From the NCBI GenBank assembly GCA_018303125.1, contig JAGVYS010000001.1, forward strand, positions 5,886 to 69,885: a stretch of DNA of 64,000 nucleotides, in the 5' to 3' direction. Shown one piece after another: positions 1 through 8,928 of this stretch. The translations under genes were made by a program, and so were the position numbers. Position 1 is the stretch's first letter. Each line of letters opens with the position of its first letter. Under the pieces are notes generated by a model. The model was not told the DNA's origin and did not search any database. It saw only the letters and a program-made list of their open reading frames with translations. This DNA is from Candidatus Woesearchaeota archaeon. GTDB lineage: Archaea > Nanobdellota > Nanobdellia > Woesearchaeales > WJIZ01.

Positions 1-1
1 G

Positions 2-292
2 GCAAGGAGAACACTCAAGAAAGGGCTAACCCATGAGCACAAAGTTGTGCTTGAGAAGGTAAAGCTAAAAGATCCTAACCTAAAGACGCATTGCAGAAAC
101 ATGGTAGTGCTGCCTGAAATGGTAAACTCAACCATAAAGATACATAACGGTAAGGAGTTTGTTGCTGTTTTAATACAGCCTGAGATGATAGGCCATTACC
201 TGGGCGAGTTCGCCATGACAAGAAGAGGAGTTAAGCACTCTGCTCCAGGAATAGGGGCAACAAAATCTTCATCAAATTTATCGGTGAAATAA
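2..292 (+). CDS. rps19: 30S ribosomal protein S19 (uS19), 5'-truncated at window edge
   Basis: Translation ...RTHCRNMVVLPEMV...IHNGKEFV...PEMIGHYLGEFAMTR...GIGAT matches the conserved uS19 core; the frame stays open back to nt 2. Confidence 0.9.
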   Translation, partial: ARRTLKKGLTHEHKVVLEKVKLKDPNLKTHCRNMVVLPEMVNSTIKIHNGKEFVAVLIQPEMIGHYLGEFAMTRRGVKHSAPGIGATKSSSNLSVK

Positions 293-778
293 ATGGCATA
301 TAAGCACTCATACGAGGAATACAACGGGGAAAAGATGGCCAGAGCATTGGGTTATGCACTACCTGTTTCAAGAAAGCAGAGCATAGAAATCTGCAGTTCC
401 CTGCGCAATAAGCCTCTTGTAAGGGCAAAGGCAATACTTAATGATGCAATATCAATGAGAAAAGCCATTCCATTCAGGAGATTCACAAGCAGTATTAGCC
501 ACAAAAAAGGAATGGGCCCTGGAAAGTATCCTATAAATGCCGCTACCGAGATACTCAAGCTTGTAGAAAATGCAGAGGCAAATGCAAAGTTCAAAGGTCT
601 TAATGCCTCAAACCTCATAATAAAGCACATGTGCGCCCAGCATGGTGGAAACGTATGGAAAGCCGGAAGGTTCAGAAGAAGGAAGATGAAGAGAACACAT
701 ATAGAGATAGTCGTTACTGAAGGGAAAGCTAAAAAGGAGTCCAAAAAAAAGGAAAAGAAGGAAGTGGCTAATAAATGA
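293..778 (+). CDS. rpl22: 50S ribosomal protein L22 (uL22) with a K/E-rich C-terminal tail
   Basis: Archaeal uL22 signature (SRKQSIEICSSLRNKPL..., KFKGLNASNLII); sits between S19 and S3. Confidence 0.9.
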   Translation: MAYKHSYEEYNGEKMARALGYALPVSRKQSIEICSSLRNKPLVRAKAILNDAISMRKAIPFRRFTSSISHKKGMGPGKYPINAATEILKLVENAEANAKFKGLNASNLIIKHMCAQHGGNVWKAGRFRRRKMKRTHIEIVVTEGKAKKESKKKEKKEVANK

Positions 779-1425
779 TAGAGAGAAAATTCGTCGCTGC
801 AAATATGAAGGAGTTCCTTATACAGGAGTTCATAGGCAGCAGTATAAAGGGTGCCGAGCACAGTCACACAAAGCTCCAGAAAACCCCCCTAGGTGAAAGA
901 ATCGTGATATATTCATCCAAGCCAGGAATAATAGTTGGGAAAAAAGGCCAGAACATAAAGCAGCTTACAAAGGTCCTTAAGAAAAAGTTTGGGCTCGAGA
1001 ATCCGCAGATTGAGATTAGCGAAGTCGAAAATCCTTATTTTGACCCAAATATAATGGCAGAAAGGATTGTTAACTACCTTGAGAAATTCGGCACATCAAA
1101 ATTCAAGAGCATAGGCCATAAAGTGATGAGTGATGTAATGGGCGCAGGTGCAATGGGAATAGAGATACTAATCTCTGGAAAAATTCCTAGTGCAAGAGCA
1201 AAATCATGGAGATTTTACCAGGGCTACCTGAAAAAGTGCGGAGATATAGCCCTGACAGGAGTAAAAATCGCATATGCCACTGCTCAGCTGAAAACAGGTT
1301 CAATAGGCGTCAAGGTAAGCATAATGACTCCAGACACAATCCTGCCCGATAAGATAAAAATAAGGGTTAAGGAAGAAGAAAAAGAACCGGAGAAAAAGGA
1401 AGATGGTAAAGAAAAAGGAGCTTAA
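775..1425 (+). CDS. rps3: 30S ribosomal protein S3 (uS3)
   Basis: KH domain GIIVGKKGQNIKQL; 4-nt overlap with rpl22. Confidence 0.93.
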   Translation: MIERKFVAANMKEFLIQEFIGSSIKGAEHSHTKLQKTPLGERIVIYSSKPGIIVGKKGQNIKQLTKVLKKKFGLENPQIEISEVENPYFDPNIMAERIVNYLEKFGTSKFKSIGHKVMSDVMGAGAMGIEILISGKIPSARAKSWRFYQGYLKKCGDIALTGVKIAYATAQLKTGSIGVKVSIMTPDTILPDKIKIRVKEEEKEPEKKEDGKEKGA

Positions 1426-1600
1426 GGAAATGTCAAGCAGTGACCTTGACAAGCATCTTTCAGAGGTAAGAATGGACCTGCTAAAATCCAGTTCAGAAGC
1501 TTCGTCAGGAAATGCCGTCAAAAGCCCGGGAAGAATAGGTTACCTGAAGAAAACTATAGCAAGGATACTCACTATAAAAAACATAAAGGGAGGTAAGTGA
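1403..1600 (+). CDS. rpl29: 50S ribosomal protein L29 (uL29)
   Basis: 65 aa with ELKEMSSSDLDKHLSEVRMDLLK; conserved position after S3. Confidence 0.85.
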   Translation: MVKKKELKEMSSSDLDKHLSEVRMDLLKSSSEASSGNAVKSPGRIGYLKKTIARILTIKNIKGGK

Positions 1601-1917
1601 AAGGCATGAGTGAAATTTGCTCCAAGTGCGGTTTGCCAAAAGAGCTTTGCGTTTGCGAGGCAATAGCAAGGGAAAGCCAGGAGATAACCATCTCACTTGA
1701 CAAGAAAAAATTTGGCAAGACCTATACTGTGGTAAGAGGCATCGACGAAAAAGAAATCAACCTTGACGAACTGATAAAGAAGCTCAAATCAAAGCTTGCT
1801 TGCGGCGGAACAGCAAAAGAAGGCAGGATTGAGCTTCAGGGAAGCCATACCCAAAGGACAAAGGAAATACTCCTTGAGTTCGGTTTCCCACCAGGCAGAG
1901 TAGTGCTAAAGAAATGA
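1597..1917 (+). CDS. Translation initiation factor SUI1 (aSUI1/eIF1)
   Basis: N-terminal CxxCGxPxxLCxC zinc knuckle plus SUI1 fold (TYTVVRGID...LACGGT); archaeal position between L29 and Rpp29. Confidence 0.85.
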   Translation: MKGMSEICSKCGLPKELCVCEAIARESQEITISLDKKKFGKTYTVVRGIDEKEINLDELIKKLKSKLACGGTAKEGRIELQGSHTQRTKEILLEFGFPPGRVVLKK

Positions 1918-2156
1918 AAAACAAGCTGCTTAGGGAAGAGCTGATAGGCAAAAACGTTGAGGTCAACAAAACAAAAGGGAGCATAATAGACGAGACAAAA
2001 AACATGGTCACGATAAGAAGGGAAGATGGTGAAATTAAGAGGTTCATCAAGAATTCCAGCACCTTCGGGATATTGAGCAAGGGCGCCATGCATTATGTTG
2101 ACGGTAAAAGGCTGATTGGAAGGCCGGAAGAGAGGATAAAGAAAAGATTCAGATGA
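1914..2156 (+). CDS. rnp1: RNase P protein component Rpp29 (Rnp1/Pop4)
   Basis: 80 aa, ELIGKNVEVNKTKGSIIDETKNMVTIRREDGEIKRFIK matches the Rpp29 Sm-like fold; conserved synteny. Confidence 0.8.
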   Translation: MKNKLLREELIGKNVEVNKTKGSIIDETKNMVTIRREDGEIKRFIKNSSTFGILSKGAMHYVDGKRLIGRPEERIKKRFR

Positions 2157-2569
2157 AAAATAAAAAAAATGTTGGCTTGGGGATAACCTCGCCTGATAGT
2201 ACAGGCTCAACTGATAAGAAATCTCCTTTCAGCGGGAATATAAGGCTGCATGGAAGGAATTTCATAGGCACAGTCATATCTGCAAAGATGCAGAAAACGG
2301 CAACTATTGAATGGGAAAGAAAGGTCAAGGTCCAAAAATACGAGAGATATATGAAAAAAAGGAGCAGGATAAAGGCGCACAATCCAGATGAGATAAAGGC
2401 AAAGGAAGGAGATGTAGTCAGGATAATCGAGACAAGGCCGATAAGCAAGACAAAGAATTTTGTCATAGTTGAAAAGATAGGCAAGGAGAAAGGCTTCACG
2501 CAGAGAATGGAAGCCATAGAGGCTTCGAAGAAGAAGGTAAGGGAAGAAATGGAGGAAAAGCAGGAGTAA
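2153..2569 (+). CDS. rps17: 30S ribosomal protein S17 (uS17)
   Basis: GDVVRIIETRPISKTKNFVIVEKI OB-fold signature. Confidence 0.88.
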   Translation: MKNKKNVGLGITSPDSTGSTDKKSPFSGNIRLHGRNFIGTVISAKMQKTATIEWERKVKVQKYERYMKKRSRIKAHNPDEIKAKEGDVVRIIETRPISKTKNFVIVEKIGKEKGFTQRMEAIEASKKKVREEMEEKQE

Positions 2570-2570
2570 A

Positions 2571-2972
2571 ATGGAATCTGTAAAAGCACGAATAACTAAG
2601 GGACTTAATTTCGGCGCATGGATACCTACCTGTGATAATTCAGGAGCCAACATCATAAAGCTATACGGCTCAAAGACATGCAAGACCGTAAAGGGAAGGA
2701 TAGGAAAGGCAGGAGTTGGCGACCTTATACTTGCCTCAGTCGTAAGAGGAAAGCCAGAAATGAGAAAGCAGACTGTCTTGGCTGTTATTGTAAGGCAGAA
2801 GAAAGAATACAGAAGAGCAAACGGCATGAGGATAAAATTCGAAGACAATGCAGCAGTCGTTGTCAAAGATGAAAAGGGAAACCCTAAAGGCACCATACTA
2901 AAGGGGGCCATAGCGAAGGAAGCTGCAGAAAGATGGGGAAATGTGGCAAAAATAGCGAGGATAATAGTCTAA
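2571..2972 (+). CDS. rpl14: 50S ribosomal protein L14 (uL14)
   Basis: NFGAWIPTCDNSGA...GDLILASV signature. Confidence 0.93.
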   Translation: MESVKARITKGLNFGAWIPTCDNSGANIIKLYGSKTCKTVKGRIGKAGVGDLILASVVRGKPEMRKQTVLAVIVRQKKEYRRANGMRIKFEDNAAVVVKDEKGNPKGTILKGAIAKEAAERWGNVAKIARIIV

Positions 2973-3358
2973 TGAAAGAGTGGTCTGTTTCATGGAAATC
3001 GAGCAAGAGTCCGAGAAAGCAAAGGAAGTATAGGTTTACTGCTCCCATACATGTAAAGAGAAAATTCCTCTCATGCCATCTGGCATCTGACCTCAGGAAG
3101 AAATATGCGAGAAGAAACATCGTTGCTGTGGTTGGAGACAAGGCAAAGGTTGTACGAGGAGAGTACAAGGGGCATTCAGGAAAGGTAGAGCTAGTAAATT
3201 CAAGAAAAGGAAAGATATCTGTCTCGGGAATCGATATATCAAAGAAGGACGGTACAAAGTCAAATTATTTTTTCGCGCCAGCCTCTTTGGTGATAACAGA
3301 GCTCAACCTTGACAGCAAGAATAGGAACAATCTGCTAAAAAGAAAAAGTGAAAAGTGA
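2972..3358 (+). CDS. rpl24: 50S ribosomal protein L24 (uL24)
   Basis: KOW motif VAVVGDKAKVVRGEYKGHSGKV; ATG overlaps the rpl14 stop (taATG). Confidence 0.85.
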   Translation: MKEWSVSWKSSKSPRKQRKYRFTAPIHVKRKFLSCHLASDLRKKYARRNIVAVVGDKAKVVRGEYKGHSGKVELVNSRKGKISVSGIDISKKDGTKSNYFFAPASLVITELNLDSKNRNNLLKRKSEK

Positions 3359-4059
3359 AGAAAATGGGAAGAAACCACATAAAAACAATGGCAGCGCCAA
3401 AAAGTTGGCCTGTTGAAAGGAAAAGCAAGAAATTCATACTCTTACCTGAGCCAGGAAGGCATTCGAGAAACAGCAGCATTTCCCTCAACTTTCTGCTTAT
3501 CACTATGTTAGGGGTAGCTGAAAGTAAGAAAGAAACAACCTATATTGCCAAGGAAAAGGAAATAACTGTCAATGGCTCAAGGGTAACAAGAATCTCATAT
3601 CCTATTGGCCTCATGGATGTTATTTCCATCAAGGACATAAAGAAAAATTACAGGATACTCATAGACAGAAAGGGAAAGGTAATAGCAAAGGAAATCAAGG
3701 CTAGTGACTCTTCAATATTGTTGCACAGGGTCAAGGGAAAATCGTCTGTAAATGGAAAAACACAGTTAAATTTCCTTGACGGGACCAACATCATTGTTGA
3801 AAAGGATTCTTACAAGATAGGAGACACCGTCATCACAGAAGTAGGGAAAAATGACATTAAAGATCACCTGAAGCTTGAGAAGGGGAACACAATATTCCTT
3901 ATAGGTGGAAGGCACAGCGGGGAGCTCGGCAAGATTGAGAATATACACGAGAACAAGATAATCTACAAGACAAAGGAAAACGAGATGTATGAGACTTTGA
4001 AAGAGTATGCATTTGTTGTTGGAAAGGACAGCCCTCTGATAGAGATACAAAATGAATAA
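3355..4059 (+). CDS. rps4e: 30S ribosomal protein S4e (eS4)
   Basis: HIKTMAAPKSWPVERKSKKF... S4e N-terminus and KOW region. Confidence 0.9.
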   Translation: MKKMGRNHIKTMAAPKSWPVERKSKKFILLPEPGRHSRNSSISLNFLLITMLGVAESKKETTYIAKEKEITVNGSRVTRISYPIGLMDVISIKDIKKNYRILIDRKGKVIAKEIKASDSSILLHRVKGKSSVNGKTQLNFLDGTNIIVEKDSYKIGDTVITEVGKNDIKDHLKLEKGNTIFLIGGRHSGELGKIENIHENKIIYKTKENEMYETLKEYAFVVGKDSPLIEIQNE

Positions 4060-4561
4060 GATGAAAGAACTTAGGATAGAGAAGATAACGCTCAACATAG
4101 GAGCAGGAAAGGACCAAACTAGGCTTGAAAAGGCACAGATGCTCCTAAAGAACATAACAGGCATAGTGCCTGTCAGGACATTTGCCAAGAAAAGAATACC
4201 TAACTGGGGCCTCAGGCCTGGCTTACCGATAGGATGTAAGATTACTCTCAGGAAGGATAAGGCAAGTGCGCTGCTCCAGAAACTTCTGGAAGCAAAGGAG
4301 AAATCCTTCAAGGCAGACCAGTTCGACAGCTCAGGAAACATGGCTTTCGGAATACAGGAATATATAGAGATACCGACAGTTAGCTATGACCCAAAAATAG
4401 GGATTATGGGACTGCAAGTATGCGTCACGCTTGAGAGGCCTGGTTTCAGGGTGAAGAGAAGGTCTTACAAGAGAGCAGACATTTCAGCCAAGCATCTAAT
4501 AACAAAGGATGCGGCAATAGAATTTATGAGAAATAAATTTGGCATAAAGGTTGGTGAATAG
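4052..4561 (+). CDS. rpl5: 50S ribosomal protein L5 (uL5)
   Basis: [15 protein letters not shown]...[18 protein letters not shown] signature. Confidence 0.93.
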   Translation: MNKMKELRIEKITLNIGAGKDQTRLEKAQMLLKNITGIVPVRTFAKKRIPNWGLRPGLPIGCKITLRKDKASALLQKLLEAKEKSFKADQFDSSGNMAFGIQEYIEIPTVSYDPKIGIMGLQVCVTLERPGFRVKRRSYKRADISAKHLITKDAAIEFMRNKFGIKVGE

Positions 4562-4562
4562 G

Positions 4563-4793
4563 ATGACTTACAGCGATTATAAAAAAGTGTTCAAGCAGCT
4601 GAAAAACAATCAGGTAAAGCTCAAGAAATTCATAAAGCATAATTCCCCGAAAGAAAGAAGCTGTGGAAGAGCTACTAAAAGATGCCAGAGATGCGGCAGG
4701 ATAAGAGGGCATATAGACAAATATGGAATTAATGTATGCAGACAGTGCTTCAGGGAAATAGCTACAAAGATAGGGTTCAAAAAATATTCGTAG
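4563..4793 (+). CDS. rps14: 30S ribosomal protein S14 (uS14, zinc type) with N-terminal extension
   Basis: [32 protein letters not shown] zinc ribbon; ATG at 4563 follows a GGTGA Shine-Dalgarno; the ORF track's TTG start at 4551 is less likely. Confidence 0.85.
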   Translation: MTYSDYKKVFKQLKNNQVKLKKFIKHNSPKERSCGRATKRCQRCGRIRGHIDKYGINVCRQCFREIATKIGFKKYS

Positions 4794-4804
4794 GTGAAAA
4801 AGAA

Positions 4805-5197
4805 ATGGCCTTAAACGATCCATTGGCTAACGCTTTGTCGAAGATAAATCAATTCGAAAAGCTAGGAAGGCAGGAATGCGCTTTGACACGCTCATCCTCT
4901 ATAATTAAGGAAGTATTGGGTGTGCTGAAGAGCTTTGAATACATTAGTGATTACTCTGTGTCTAAGGAAGGGGCAAAGGAGTCAATAATCATAAAGCTGA
5001 ATGGCTCTATAAATGAGTGTGGAGTCATAAAGCCAAGGTTCGCAATTAAGTTGCATGAGTTTGACAAATTTGAGAAAAGATATCTCCCTGCAGAGGGTAT
5101 GGGCATCCTTATCCTCAGCACAGTAGATGGCCTTAGTGACCAGAAGAAGGCAAGGGAGAAAAAAACAGGAGGAAGGCTAATAGCCTACTGCTACTGA
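4805..5197 (+). CDS. rps8: 30S ribosomal protein S8 (uS8)
   Basis: MALNDPLANALSKI...LSTVDGLSDQKKAREKKTGGRLIAYCY; first ATG in frame after rps14. Confidence 0.9.
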   Translation: MALNDPLANALSKINQFEKLGRQECALTRSSSIIKEVLGVLKSFEYISDYSVSKEGAKESIIIKLNGSINECGVIKPRFAIKLHEFDKFEKRYLPAEGMGILILSTVDGLSDQKKAREKKTGGRLIAYCY

Positions 5198-5198
5198 G

Positions 5199-5747
5199 AT
5201 GGCTGTCAAAAAAGGAGAGATTGGAATAGATCTTGGAACAGGAGTTCAAGCAAAGGTAGAGGCAGGCATGCTGATTGTTAAAGGACCAAAGGGAGAAGTC
5301 AAAAGAAACGTAAGCCACCCAAGGCTTGATGTTGAAGTAACGGAAGGCAAAGTTAAGGTTTCATCCGAGGGAAAAAGCCTGAGTGAAAAAAGGCTTTGCT
5401 GCACTTACAGGGCACATGTAAGGAACATGGTAAAGGGAGTAAAGGAAGGGCACGAGTACCTTATCAAGATATGCTCAAGTCACTTTCCAATGAATGTATC
5501 AATAAGCAATGGCCAGTTGGTTGTCAAAAACTTCTTGGGGGAGAAGCACCCAAGAAAACTTGAACTAAGTAAGGAAGTTGACGTAAAAGTAAATGGTGAC
5601 ACAATAGTCGTGACATGCCCTGACAAGGAAATGGCGGGAACTGTCGCATCACGAATAGAAGGATTGATGAGGCGGCCAGGGTTCGACCCAAGGATATTCC
5701 AAGATGGTTGCTACATAATGTCCAAGAGCGGAAAGGAATTGAAATGA
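5199..5747 (+). CDS. rpl6: 50S ribosomal protein L6 (uL6)
   Basis: Two-domain uL6 signature (KGPKGEV..., HVRNMVKGVKEGHEY). Confidence 0.92.
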   Translation: MAVKKGEIGIDLGTGVQAKVEAGMLIVKGPKGEVKRNVSHPRLDVEVTEGKVKVSSEGKSLSEKRLCCTYRAHVRNMVKGVKEGHEYLIKICSSHFPMNVSISNGQLVVKNFLGEKHPRKLELSKEVDVKVNGDTIVVTCPDKEMAGTVASRIEGLMRRPGFDPRIFQDGCYIMSKSGKELK

Positions 5748-6304
5748 TAAAAGATAGCCTAATCTTAAGAAAGAGAATAAAGGCAAAAAAGCCACATTTT
5801 GTAATGCAGGATGCTCATAAGCTAAAGTGTATTAAGATAAGATGGAGAAGGCCAAGAGGCATTGACTCAAAGATGAGGCTGTACCTTAAGGGATACAGGA
5901 AGTCTGTAGAGCCAGGTTACAAATCGCCAAGAGAAGTAAAAGGGCTTGACAGCACGGGCCTTGCTCCTATTTTAGCTTATTCGGAAAGAGACATAGAAAA
6001 GGCTGACAAGAACAAAAACAGCATCATTTTAGGAGGAAAGGTTGGCGCGAGGAAGAAACTGCTGCTTTTGGATGCCATAAAGAAAAAAGGGCTTAGGGTA
6101 ATCAACATAAAAGACACTGAGAAATACTTATCAGAGATCAAGGAAGAAATGAAGAAAAGGAAGGAAACAAAGGAAAAGAAAAAGAAGGAGATAAAAGAAA
6201 GCAAGGAAAAGGCCGAAAAGAAGGATGAAAAAAAGATAAGCGAAGATGAAAAATCAAAGCTTGAAAAGGCTGAAAAAGACAAGATATTGACAAAGAAGGA
6301 ATAA
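5744..6304 (+). CDS. rpl32e: 50S ribosomal protein L32e (eL32) with a ~55-aa K/E low-complexity C-terminal tail
   Basis: RKRIKAKKPHFVMQDAHKLKCIKIRWRRPRGIDSKMR; ATGA overlap with rpl6. Confidence 0.88.
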   Translation: MIKDSLILRKRIKAKKPHFVMQDAHKLKCIKIRWRRPRGIDSKMRLYLKGYRKSVEPGYKSPREVKGLDSTGLAPILAYSERDIEKADKNKNSIILGGKVGARKKLLLLDAIKKKGLRVINIKDTEKYLSEIKEEMKKRKETKEKKKKEIKESKEKAEKKDEKKISEDEKSKLEKAEKDKILTKKE

Positions 6305-6306
6305 AA

Positions 6307-6765
6307 ATGGAACTAAAAGTACAGAAAAGAATTGCCGCATCGTTGCTCAAGTGTTCCCCGAGCAAGATAAAAATGGATGTGAACAGGCTTGATGAGATGG
6401 AGGAGTCAATCACTAAAAAGGACATCATGTCCCTCATTAAAGACGGTGCCATACAAAAGAGGAGAGTAAATGCGAAGTCAAGGTCACGGGCAAGAAGGAT
6501 ACACAAGCAAAAAATAAAGGGCAAGAGAAAAGGCATGGGAAGCAGGAAAGGAAAAGCACATGCATCATTGTCAGGGAAAAGTAGGTGGATACTCAAGATA
6601 AGGGCCCAAAGGAAGCTTTTGGCAGATCTCAGGCAATCTGGGGGTATAGACAATAAAGTATATAGGGGCCTGTATAAAAAATCCGGCGGTGGCTTCTTTA
6701 GGAGCAAGAGGCACATAATGATTTATGCTGCGGAAAACAATCTGATGAGAAATGAAAAAAAGTAA
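6307..6765 (+). CDS. rpl19e: 50S ribosomal protein L19e (eL19)
   Basis: MELKVQKRIAASLLKCSPSKI...KRRVNAKSRSRARR. Confidence 0.9.
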   Translation: MELKVQKRIAASLLKCSPSKIKMDVNRLDEMEESITKKDIMSLIKDGAIQKRRVNAKSRSRARRIHKQKIKGKRKGMGSRKGKAHASLSGKSRWILKIRAQRKLLADLRQSGGIDNKVYRGLYKKSGGGFFRSKRHIMIYAAENNLMRNEKK

Positions 6766-7318
6766 AACATATTCGAAATACAGAAGAAAAAGGGAAGGGA
6801 AGACTGATTACAGGAAAAGGCTGAGTATTGTAATCTCAGGAAAGCCTAGGCTTGTGGTTAGGAAATCCCTTACAAGGATAATCGCCCAGATAGTAATTTA
6901 TGATGAGAAAGGCGACAGGACAGCTGTTGCTGTAAGAAGCGATGCTCTTAAGAAATACGGGTGGAATTTTAGCTTCAAGAACATTACCGCATCTTACTTG
7001 CTCGGTGTCTTCATAGGGCATATGGCAAAAAAGAAAGGCATAAAAGATGCTGTGCTTGACATAGGCATGAACAAGCCTGTCCCCGGCTCCAGACTATTCG
7101 CGGTACTGAAAGGTGCCATTGACTCTGGCATGACAATTCCACACTCTGAAGAGATACTGCCCAGCAAGGAAAGGCTTGAAGGAAAGCATGTGATGGATTA
7201 CGCAAAAATCGCAAAGGACAAGGGAAATCAGTTTAGCAACTACTCAAAAAACAAGGTCAATGTAGAGGATATATCAAAGGTATGCCAGGAGGTCAAGAAA
7301 AAGATTTTGGCAAGTTAA
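6752..7318 (+). CDS. rpl18: 50S ribosomal protein L18 (uL18)
   Basis: KTDYRKRLSI...RLVVRKSLTRIIAQIV...AVLKGAIDSGM. Confidence 0.9.
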   Translation: MKKSKTYSKYRRKREGKTDYRKRLSIVISGKPRLVVRKSLTRIIAQIVIYDEKGDRTAVAVRSDALKKYGWNFSFKNITASYLLGVFIGHMAKKKGIKDAVLDIGMNKPVPGSRLFAVLKGAIDSGMTIPHSEEILPSKERLEGKHVMDYAKIAKDKGNQFSNYSKNKVNVEDISKVCQEVKKKILAS

Positions 7319-7319
7319 A

Positions 7320-8072
7320 GTGGAAGAAAAAATAGTTAAGTCGGATAGAAGAAAGAGTTCTGGCCCGGAATGGAAGCCAAAGACAGAGATTGGCAGGAAA
7401 GTAAAAGCTGGGGAAATAACGAACATAGATGAGATACTCGACAATGGAATCAAGATACTTGAATCTGAGATAGTTGACACTTTGCTCCCTGGGCTTGAAT
7501 CAGAGCTTCTTTTGATTGGGCAGTCAAAAGGAAAGTTCGGCGGCGGGCAGAGAAGAGTATTCAAGCAGACCCAAAAGAAAACTGCAGAAGGAAACAGGCC
7601 GCAGTTTTCAACTGTTGTTGTGATTGGCAACAAAAATGGCTACATAGGTATAGGATTTGGCAAGGCAAAGGAAACGGTTCCGGCAAGAGAAAAGGCGATA
7701 AGGAACGCAAAGCTCAACATATTCAAGATTAAGCGTGGTTCGGGCTCCTGGGAAGATACAAGCTCAGAGCCGCACAGCCTCCCATTCAAGGTAAAAGGCA
7801 AGTCCGGCTCAGTGAGGGTTGTCTTGATGCCTGCTCCTCTTGGTACAGGATTGTGCGCCCACAAGGAACTGCAAAAATTGCTAAAGCTTGCCGGCATCCA
7901 AAATATATGGTCAAAATCATACGGAAAGAAAGATACAACAATTAACCTCGTGAAAGCCTGCGAGGAAGCGCTGAGAAGCCTTGTAAAGGTAAAATGCAAG
8001 AGCAACATTAACGCTGTGGAAGGTGCGTATGTTAAGAAGCAGGTCGTTATAGAAGAGAGGAAGGAAGAATGA
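7320..8072 (+). CDS. rps5: 30S ribosomal protein S5 (uS5), GTG start
   Basis: dsRBD and S5 C-domain (GQRRVFKQTQKK...VVIGNKNGYIGIGFGKAKE); GTG immediately after the rpl18 stop. Confidence 0.9.
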   Translation: MEEKIVKSDRRKSSGPEWKPKTEIGRKVKAGEITNIDEILDNGIKILESEIVDTLLPGLESELLLIGQSKGKFGGGQRRVFKQTQKKTAEGNRPQFSTVVVIGNKNGYIGIGFGKAKETVPAREKAIRNAKLNIFKIKRGSGSWEDTSSEPHSLPFKVKGKSGSVRVVLMPAPLGTGLCAHKELQKLLKLAGIQNIWSKSYGKKDTTINLVKACEEALRSLVKVKCKSNINAVEGAYVKKQVVIEERKEE

Positions 8073-8494
8073 TAGCTGTTGTAAGAATCAGAGGCCTTTG
8101 CAGAATAAGGAAGGATTTGGCTGATACTCTTTATATGATGAGACTCTACAACAAGAACCATGCAGTTGTGCTTGAGGAGACAAAGCAGAACTTGGGCATG
8201 ATAAAAAAAGTCAAGGATTTCGTTGCCTATGGTAAGATTGAAGAACCCTTGTTCAAGGAGCTTATTGAGAAGAGAGGGCAAGAATACGTTGGAAGGGAAA
8301 CTGATTCAAGCGGAAAAATAAGCTACAGCAGAAGATTTATAGAGTACAACGGCAAAAAATATCTCAAATACTTCAGGCTCTCGCCTCCGAAAAAAGGGTA
8401 TGGCAGGATGGGCATAAAGAAGCCTTTCAACAGGAGCGGTGCGCTTGGTGACAGGAAGGAAAAAATAAATGACTTGCTTAAAAGGATGATTTAG
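8069..8494 (+). CDS. rpl30: 50S ribosomal protein L30 (uL30)
   Basis: MIAVVRIRGL...LADTLYMMRLYNKNHAVV. Confidence 0.88.
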   Translation: MIAVVRIRGLCRIRKDLADTLYMMRLYNKNHAVVLEETKQNLGMIKKVKDFVAYGKIEEPLFKELIEKRGQEYVGRETDSSGKISYSRRFIEYNGKKYLKYFRLSPPKKGYGRMGIKKPFNRSGALGDRKEKINDLLKRMI

Positions 8495-8495
8495 G

Positions 8496-8927
8496 ATGCC
8501 AACAAGAAAAAGGAAGAAAAACAGCAGGCAGCGAGCATCACAAACCCATGGATGGGGCGCAAAGAAGAAACATAGGGGAAAGGGCAACAAAGGCGGTTCG
8601 GGGATGTCCGGCACTGGAAAAAGGGCAGATTCAAGAAAGCCTTCAATATGGAAGGATACAAAATATTTCGGCAAATACGGATTCAAATCAAAGGGAATTA
8701 AGAAAGAGATAAATACGATAAATGTGGGCCAGATTGAGACTGAACTAGCAAGGAGAAATATCAAGGATAGTTCGATTGACCTTGGAAAGATTGGGTATAA
8801 CAAGCTTCTTGGGGGAGGAGATTTAAACTCTAAGCTCAGCATAACCGTTGAGATGGCCAGTGGAAAGGCCGTAGAGAAGGTTAAGGCTGCTGGCGGAGAA
8901 GTCATTCTTAAAAAAGAGGAGCAGTGA
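8496..8927 (+). CDS. rpl15: 50S ribosomal protein L15 (uL15)
   Basis: HGWGAKKKHRGKGNKGGSGMSGTGKR glycine-rich N-terminus. Confidence 0.9.
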   Translation: MPTRKRKKNSRQRASQTHGWGAKKKHRGKGNKGGSGMSGTGKRADSRKPSIWKDTKYFGKYGFKSKGIKKEINTINVGQIETELARRNIKDSSIDLGKIGYNKLLGGGDLNSKLSITVEMASGKAVEKVKAAGGEVILKKEEQ

Positions 8928-8928
8928 C

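Noticed and set aside
352-867. 171-aa minus-strand ORF overlapping rpl22 and rps3
   Set aside because: Antisense shadow of strongly conserved r-protein genes. Its Leu/Phe/Ser-rich composition is what the reverse complement of K/E-rich codons produces.
2207-2911. 234-aa minus-strand ORF across rps17 and rpl14
   Set aside because: Antisense shadow ORF with the same compositional artefact; the sense genes are unambiguous.
6138-6716. 192-aa minus-strand ORF opposite the rpl32e tail and rpl19e
   Set aside because: Generated by the low-complexity K/E repeat on the sense strand.
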